NCBI GenBank assembly: GCA_030141605.1
Contig: JAQGDQ010000998.1
Coordinates: 7,494-71,493, forward strand
Direction of reading: 5' to 3'
Source of the DNA: Tubiluchus corallicola
Lineage: Eukaryota; Animalia; Priapulida
Length of the DNA: 64,000 bases
Of the stretch, positions 55,727 to 64,000 are shown one piece after another. Positions within the stretch are counted from its first letter, which is position 1; every line of letters starts with the position of its first letter. The notes under the pieces are model-generated. The model was given only the letters and a program-made list of their open reading frames with translations. It was not told where the DNA came from and made no database searches. Position numbers and translations under genes: made by a program.

Positions 55727-57927
55727 GTATACACTAACAAAAATATATATTCTTTATTTATCATACCGCTTAACTCACAGTAATAAGTGACTAATAATAC
55801 TACATATTCCACCATATCTAATAATACTGATACTATACACTCTTTATCAACTTAATCACTGCACATTTGCGCTATAATGAGCCAAAGTTAACATTTACTT
55901 TAAGGTTCATTTAGAAGCAAAATGCTGGGTTCGTACGCATGATGGCGCAGGTGCCTGTGAAAGTCATAGATAGATAAATCAATTTTGGCTCAGAGCCCCA
56001 CTGTACTTGACCTAGTCTGACAAGAGGCTTGACTGTGTCTTCAAGATTAATGGGTTAAAAGTACCCGGTAATCATTAGACTCAGGCCTAGCCTTCTAACA
56101 TTAGCACAGTTGGTGAACGAATAAGTTTTTCAGACTAGTAAAACAAAACTGGTTTTTAAAAGTATTTAGATGGGTGACTGTAAGTAATCACCAAAGAAAT
56201 GGCAGTTTTCAATTTATAATCAGATACAGATCAACGGACAAAACTTCCAAGCGCTTTTGCAAATTCTTTCTTTTTGTAATTGACTTTACCACCTATTAAT
56301 CTGTTAAATAACAGTATTAACTCATGCTATCATCACTTAGGAAGTAAAGGAACTAAGTGGGCCTCTTATACTTGTTTGCAATTAAGACAGTTAAGAGTAA
56401 CAAGACTGACTAGTCACTTTAATGGAGAAAACGTATGACTCGATTGTCCCAGCACTTTGGCTGCCCGCCTTGGTTAAGATGTAAAAGATTTTTGCTTCAA
56501 ATGTTGAGGTGATTTCGAAAGAAAAAATTGTACATTACCAAAACATTTGACACTAACAGAGCCAAGAAAAAGAATGCACAATGATCTTTCTTTTAAAAAA
56601 AACAGGCAGTGAAATTTCGCAGTATCTCTGCGAAAAGTGAAATTTATTGTACTATATTACCCATCTACAATATAGCTACGTAACTTAAGTTAATGGAATA
56701 ATTATTTCTCTTTTCACGTCGGAATGACATGATGAGAAACAATTTGATTATGTATAAAAAATAGAGAACTCTTGTCCCCAACTATTGCTCTTCAGCCAGA
56801 AAAATAAAGCTTGATTCAGAAAAAACACAAAATGATCACACTATTGTCTTACTCAAGTTAAGAGAGTTGACAACAATGGGGATTACATTATCGAGAAGTA
56901 AAAATATACTTTTTAATACAGGTTAGTGTCTCAAAGACATACAACTTAGTTCAAAAAATAAACACATCTATTGACTTAAAATTCCGTATGTACATAGGCA
57001 TAGAATACATAATAATATTTCACAGGTTCTAGTGTTTCTAGTGAAAAATAAAAGTAAAAACCCATACTCTACAGAAATTGTTTTTATAGGCAAATTAACA
57101 TTGAGTAACAATACAGATAATGCAGCTTAAAAATTTTCATAGTAAAAAAATGATAATTTTCAAAAAAAGCTTATTGTGCAGCCCAAACAGTGCAGAAATT
57201 ATCATTCATTCATTCAAATTATCATACTGGTGCAAATCTGTTGACTATCCCAGTAACAAAAACCTAACACGTTACCATCGTATAATTAATCTATCAATTA
57301 ATCTAATCTGACCATTGAGTGTATAACAACTTTATTTAAAAAGGTGCTGTCTATTATATCACAGTATAATTTCCCAGCTAAGTGCTTGTGCTTCAGTGAT
57401 GTAAAAATTAAATTTAAATACATAACCAACACTGTGGAAACTGTTATTAGTGAAAAATGTTTATTTTAAACTCCAGGACTATTTCAGCATCCGACAGTGT
57501 TTAGGTACTGGCTCAGCTGGGTATGAGCATCGATGCACACTGTTAAGTGACTCGTGCATTATTTTTTTGTGTTGCGTTACGGATTACACTAGCCATTGGG
57601 CTAAAGTTACATTATTCATTGCCCAATTACAGGGTAACTTTTGAAACTTATCCAAGTTTTTGTAAGAAAATGAATAATAATTCTCATCAATATAAAAACG
57701 TGCAATTAAAACTAGAAGGAACCATAACTCTCTGCGTGTGTGTGTATAAAAACTCTGCTGCTGAATTCATATAACATGCACTTTGCAACAAATCAGGAAA
57801 GAAGCTTACAGTTATCGTTTATCTTAATATTAACTGTTGTGCATTAAGCAATTGGTTTATTAATTGATTTGGTCATCTTAATTTGGTTGGCAGCTAGTAT
57901 AAACAACATGTACTATGCCATGTTGTT

Positions 57928-58101
57928 CTAAAGCATACCACAATGAATATATGAGAAAGCATACCTCAATGAATATATGACAAAGCATACCTAAATGAAT
58001 ATATGAGAAGCATACCTCAAATACATGAGACGTATACGTCAAAGAACATGACAAAGCACACCTCAAAAAATATGTGAGAAGGCGAACCTCAATGAATATA
58101 T
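57928..58101. repeat. ~26-bp minisatellite downstream of the Rel stop codon
   Basis: aatgaatatatgagaaagcatacctc, ~5-6 degenerate copies. Confidence 0.75.
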
Positions 58102-58715
58102 ACTAGTTGAACTGCCTGCACTGGATGTGCTTAAGCTAAATTTTGGTGTGTATAGATTTTTTGTCATGCCCACTAGACGTTTTTGAAATAACTACTGTCA
58201 TACTTTAATAACCTACAGCAAATACTAATCTAAACCTGCAGCGTCTCATTCTGTATTATCTACAAACTTCATTCATTTTAAAAACTACATGTACACATAA
58301 TACCAAAAGTCAAAAACCAGAGAGTACAGAGCCAAGACATGTTACTGCGAATTTTTAATTTAGTGGAGCTTTGTGATATTGTAATAGCTAAGCAATACTG
58401 TAATAGTTAGGAAAATACTGAACCACTAAAAGTTTAATACACAAAAAATAAAAATTAGGTACAACATTAGTAGGTGCTCACCCAAATATTAACTGACCTA
58501 AAATTGTTCTGTCTTCCCTTAATTTTTTTTTCAAAATAAATATATTCCAACAGTTTCTACAGCTTGAATCGACCACACGTCATAAGATGTCAGCTGCAGA
58601 AACTGCACGGGGAATTGACCACACGTTATAGTTGGCCAACTATTAGTCCAACTCATTTGCACTCCAAATAATCCACATCATCAGTGTATCGTCAGCGAAC
58701 TTTGCATGTCATCAC

Positions 58716-59404
58716 TCAGCCATCTAATGCACTTTGACCATTCATAGGCTTTGCACCTTCACAGTAGTCCTCCCTTATTTGCTGAACAGTCCTTGAAAGC
58801 CATTCAATACTGTTACCCGTCTGAGGCAAAGATGATAATGTTCCTATAGACATTTGCTCTGCCTGTATTCCTCCATCTGTACGATCTTCATCTAAACTTA
58901 GAGCACTCATTCCACTCAAACAGCATTCATCGAGCTCTAAATTGGGTAAAGAACTATTATCTTCTGCAGATCTTACCCCTAGATCTTGTGTGTCATTAAC
59001 ACCAAGTGCTTGCTTAGTTGGTGCCGCAGGGAGGGAACTTTGCATAAATGCCTGTGTGGTTATTGGTGCAAATACCCTGGACTGTAGATTCATAGCCGTG
59101 CTGGACACAGCGAGTGGGAATGTTTGTGTTGCTGCAGGTGAAAGGTGGCTAAGAAGTTGGGCACTCAGTGGCGCGTTGAGGGCGTTGTGTGCAAATGACT
59201 GTGTGGTACTCGATGCTACCATGGTAGACTGTTGGATCGGAGCTGTGCTGGAAGTAGCAAGCAGAAACGATTGTGTTGCAACAGGTGAAAACTGACTGTT
59301 GATTGACAAAACATCATTGAATGGTTGACATGGTAACATGGGCTGAGAGAAGGGATAGCCAGGCTGTTGCTCAATGTAAGGGATATCACACGATGATGGC
59401 TCAC
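58716..59404 (-). CDS. Rel terminal exon (putative transactivation region)
   Basis: tttttag|(G)EPSSCDIPYIEQQPGYPFSQPMLPCQP...LELDECCLSGMSALSLDED...SALDG*. Confidence 0.8.
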
Positions 59405-62400
59405 CTAAAAAGTAGATGAGACAGCATTTATGTATTCATAACGAAATAGATTATAATTTACTTAGTTTTCACCTCATGCACGTATTAATATCAATGCAGG
59501 GTGAGCCTGCAATTCATGTATAAATAAAAAGAAAGCATACTGACATTCTATTAAGTGACATAGAGGCACTTTTCTTAGATGAGAGCTAAATACGGAAAGA
59601 AGAATGACATAATTCAAACGACGCTTGGGGTCTCAGTAACGAACCATTTTTGCCTGGTTTCGATACAGTCTACTCATAGTGCAACAAGGTTGCTCTAACG
59701 AGCTGCTTTATGTAAATTAGGATCAGATATCAAAACTATTATTTATTGCCAAGATGCAATCTAATACTCATGTCAAAGCTATCTCATAGAGAAAATATTT
59801 AGTTGGCAAAATCTCAGTAACAAACCATTTTTAGCTAGTTAAAAAATAACTTTCTACAAGAAAGAGACAATCAACAGGAATTAAGTAACTGCCCATAAGC
59901 ATGATGACAAATGCCTCTTTACTGGTTAAAGTATGAGGCGTGTGCAACTTCATGTACCTTCATGTTTAACTGCAGAGGAATCCCTAATTTCGCCTCTATC
60001 TTGTGCAGTTTGGACCATTGCTCCTCTATTTGGCTGTTTGAAAACTCGGGGTTCAGGAATCGCTGGTGAAAGCTCTACAAATTATGATACAAACAAAATA
60101 TTTAGCGATTCAGCCAAAATTTTCCTTCAACGACTAACTTCAGTTTTTACTGATAAGTCAAAAAATATTAGTTGAAAAAGTATTGGTTTTTTACTAATCA
60201 ATAAACCAAATTACTTTGACTGTGTACAAAAAATAAAAATGCAAACATTCGCTATGTTCAGTCACACTCAAGTTGTTACTTTTCTAAGTCAAGTTCAGTA
60301 TGAGTAGTATAAGTTTATAAATGATATTCCATGCAAAGTGGGACAATCCTGCAAATGTGAACCTCTATTTTCAAGCATCGACTAGTCGTGGGACTTAGAA
60401 CACCTTTACGATAAGTGACTTATACACAAGTGTGGCCTTGTCTTGCAGTGAACAATATATTATTTAGCAATAGATTTTACTGAGAATAAATAACTACTGT
60501 TTCTACCTATCAATTAATCTTAGTTATCATAAATTTTGTACTTATGCAAGGTAGTGAAACATACTCGGCGGAAAACTTTCAAGACCTTCTATTTTCTGTT
60601 TCTTCCGTTTGTCAGAGAAGTCTGTAAAAAAAGAGTCGATGCCCGCAAAATTTCAATCATAAAGACTGATAACTGATCAGCAATGAATTTGAAAAGATTA
60701 TTTGACTCAATTTACTTTTTAACTTGTATATAAAAATTATGCAAATTAATAATCATTTTTAACTATAAAATTTAAATTATTATCTCACAATGTCTACACT
60801 ACAGACCAATTTTTTCATTATTTTTCTTTCAACAGATATTCAGCATCTTTCCCTAGGTATAATCAAACAGGACATGATATGCGACGTATAGACGCTTTCC
60901 GACAACGAGTAAAAGAAACAAAAAATGTTTTAATCGAATGTCATTCACAGGCCATTACAAAAAATTTCGCATAAAATATAAAAATGCTCATCTTGTAGTT
61001 TTACAGTTAAACAGTGCTAACAGAACTTGAGGCATTAATTGACAAAAACTTTTTCAAATACATACAAGTTTGGAAAAAGGGAAAACAATTCCCCAGAATT
61101 AAGGAAAGCTGCTAAAATTGCCAATTAAAACAAAATCTAGCCTTTTGCTAACTTCAACAACTTGAGGCAAAATGTCTGTAGTAAATAATTTTTTGTCACC
61201 AATTGAAAACAGACAAATGCACATCAACAATGCACTTGCTATATGAGGTTACAGTTGTTATTTGACAGCTTTTACTTATAAACTGCACACTGCACGCCAG
61301 GAGTAGAGGTGTCTCAGCACCAAATTTGGATGTATACAAATGCTCCCTCTATGAGTTCAACAGCCCAAGTTTATATATGACACGCTCAGAGCGAGCATCG
61401 AAATCCTACCACGGACCTTGCATAAGACACCATATCCTCAATTTTGTGTCACTTGGGGTCAAATAAAAGTCAACCAAAAACCAGATAATTTTATCACGCA
61501 CTAAAATTTAGTACTGCAATAATTAACAAGTACATGAAATAAAATTTGCCAAAGATTAAACTATAATAATATTAGAAACAAAAATCCTACAAAGTTGAAA
61601 TTTCAAAGCATGATACCATAATAATGTATTAAGTTTTGGTTGAGAAATTTACAAGTTCATAGATACAGTAGTTTTTAAATTATAGCTGAAAAGCTTTTGC
61701 ATGTTAAAAAATAAATGCCGGAACAATGTCGGCTAATCATCAATTGAAAAACAGTCATGTTCAACAATGTATAAAGCACTCAATACATGGAGCAAAATGA
61801 GAAAGAAATCAAATAGTTTACATCATGGTCTTCACCACAAAAAATAAAATACTAATAAAGAATCTGCTGACAGGAAAAAATTCTTGGGATTTAATCATCT
61901 GGACTACCATATCTGCAATTCCCTTAAAGAGAAAAGTGTGCGACAGCGCCACAAAGCCATTTAATGCAGAGGGACTAAATTTTCTAACGAAGTGAGAAGC
62001 TGCAGAAGCAGATTCAGTGAGGGTCCACGGGTCTTCAAAAATTAAATATAATGAGCATCCCATTTGCTATGTAAAGATTTGAAATTGTACAGAATTAATA
62101 CGTTCATTTAAAACACTTGGATTTTTTATTCCCCAAATAATGTAACAAACAATCATTGCAATTTTGGCAATCAACAAGGTGCTTAGAACTCATAGACTAA
62201 TAAAATCATCTGAAATGTCATCTGGCAAGAAAGCTAACAAGAAAGACACTGATAGTGCAGAGACAACAAGAAGACAATAGAAGGCGTTTGTGAGCAAATT
62301 TTTTATGTCATTTACTCTCATTTGTTGCACAAGGTAGTAGCAGTTACTATTATTGTAGCTACAAACTCAAACACAAATGTCCAAAAAATTAGTCATCATT

Positions 62401-63504
62401 TCTAAAATTTAATCATCGAGTATGCTTTGGAAAACTAAAAAAATTGCCTAAATGCGCAATAATGCATTTCTCCCAGACCCCCGTTGCTGAGCGACTGGTG
62501 AAACTACCTCAGGCTTCCTCGAGCTCCCCATCTGCCTTTCTGCTTGGTCACATTTGGACCCTCCAATTCAAAAACAGGATCCGCCCATGAAATGTGTAAC
62601 GGTCTTGGAAGAAACGCATTAGTCTAGTTTGTATTGAGAAATGGTGGGCATATAGAGCACTTGCTGTAAATTTTAACAATAGTAATTAACAAAATTTTTT
62701 CCGGCACTTATTATTTTTTATTTGTTTACAAAACTTAAAACTTTTGTATCTTTGGAAAGACCTAAGAGAATGACCCAAAATTTTTAGTGTTTATGCATAA
62801 GCATCTGTATTATATAGGTGGTATTTTCTAGTGATTCCGTTATTTTCTTCATATATCGCTTATTATTAAACTTTAGCAATTTTTTTACCATCTCATTACA
62901 GTTTTCTATATGCTTATATATACATGACACAACATATAAAATCTAAAACAACGCTGAGAACAATTTATTTATACATCTAAATATTCAAAATCGCAAATGC
63001 CATAAAATCTCATCCTTATCTTAACCCCTTATCCTGTGTTTACTAGGTCATCAGCAAGTCTTTGGTAATCAAAAATGACTTTATGTGAATAGTTTGTTTT
63101 TTCGTTCATCAAGGAAATCATTCAGATTTTTATAGCAAAAATTACAAATCTCCTCTGTATCCAGGCATTTTGTTTTGTTGCCTTAGCATTAGTAAACAAT
63201 TTTATAACTAATGTATTATAATGCTTTTCAATGACGGTAGAGAGGGAATTTCAAGTGTACCATAAGCCAGATGGTTTACAGAAATCATGTGCATTGTACT
63301 GTTATGTAACGTGATATAGCAGCCTAACATGACTAAAATATAAAACTAGTAAACAATATGGTTACCATCAAAGAAGCCATAGTATCGATATGGAACAGGG
63401 GTGCTCTCCTCTTTGTCGCTAGGTCTATAAAGCTTCATTTTAACTTCAACAGATTTCTCTAAGTTTTCATTTTTATATGGTGGTGTCTTTACAATCATAG
63501 CAAC
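58716..63504 (-). CDS. Rel-class NF-kB transcription factor (c-Rel/RelA/Dorsal type), 3' part; the gene extends beyond the window
   Basis: Exons 63366-63504 (IPT end VAMIVKTPPYKNENLEKSVEVKMKLYRPSDKEESTPVPYRY), 60565-60621 (NLS DKRKKQK), 59958-60074 and 58716-59404 (S/T/Q/P-rich, acidic tail) are joined in phase 1. No C-terminal ankyrin repeats, so Rel-type rather than p105/Relish. Confidence 0.85.
59958..60074 (-). CDS. Rel exon (linker)
   Basis: ttgtag|(K)LSPAIPEPRVFKQPNRGAMVQTAQDRGEIRDSSAVKHE|gtacat; phase-consistent with its neighbours. Confidence 0.65.
60565..60621 (-). CDS. Rel exon: nuclear localisation signal
   Basis: ttttttacag|(D)FSDKRKKQKIEGLESFPP|gtatgt. Confidence 0.8.
63366..63504 (-). 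CDS. Rel exon: IPT/dimerisation domain C-terminal half
   Basis: tttcag|VAMIVKTPPY...RPSD...YRYYGFFD|gtaacc. Confidence 0.88.
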
Positions 63505-63582
63505 CTGAAATAATAAAATCAGATAATCATAATTTGGCTTTAAGAAATAAAGAAATAATAAGTGAGACACCCACACACACTT

Positions 63583-63787
<205 letters not shown>

Positions 63788-64000
63788 CAAATTGAAATTG
63801 AGCTCTATGTTAGCTGTCTGCACCATTAGTTATTCTTAAAAGACAAGATGCTCTTCACAAATACGCTTAAAAATATATCTTGAATGTGTATCATTTACAT
63901 AACTTCTTATTGCATACAGAGCTTGCATTAGCAGTAATGCTATATGAAACTTGTAAATTTGAACTCCTGCAATGGCAATTAGGCACAGGCATTTTTAATG

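Noticed and set aside
58942-59295. Plus-strand 117-aa ORF
   Set aside because: Antisense shadow of the Rel terminal exon; the same applies to 24339-24982 over SGPP and 8468-8725 over SLC17.
61818-62063. 81-aa minus ORF in a Rel intron as an alternative exon
   Set aside because: The nearest acceptor read in the required phase 1 hits a stop after 10 codons; no recognisable homology.
62460-62590. hAT-like terminus (ggatccgcccatg)
   Set aside because: Only one end is recognisable, with no partner TIR or TSD; too weak to annotate.

Overview
AT-rich invertebrate animal nuclear DNA with spliceosomal GT-AG introns, many microsatellites and transposon remnants. It is not prokaryotic; a lophotrochozoan origin is only a guess from SINE type. 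Five protein-coding genes can be assembled by hand with phase-consistent splice sites. (1) An SLC17/sialin-family MFS anion transporter (minus, ~2.76-9.77 kb). (2) An ANKRD63-like ankyrin gene (plus, 3 coding exons, 21582-38317). (3) An intronless sphingosine-1-phosphate phosphatase (SGPP; plus, 23890-25254), nested on the same strand in the 13-kb first coding intron of the ankyrin gene and bracketed by two direct copies of a ~700-bp repeat. (4) LCLAT1/AGPAT8 (minus, 6 coding exons, 43584-50288). (5) The 3' half of a Rel-class NF-kB gene (minus, 58716 to beyond the window end). The rest contains LINE 3' fragments, SINEs, hAT, PIF/Harbinger and AT-TSD MITEs, a near-identical 748-bp tandem duplication and several foldback structures. 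The most unusual arrangement is the repeat-flanked, intronless, same-strand nested SGPP cassette. I see no evidence for a wholly new molecular system. All calls are by-eye readings without database searches.
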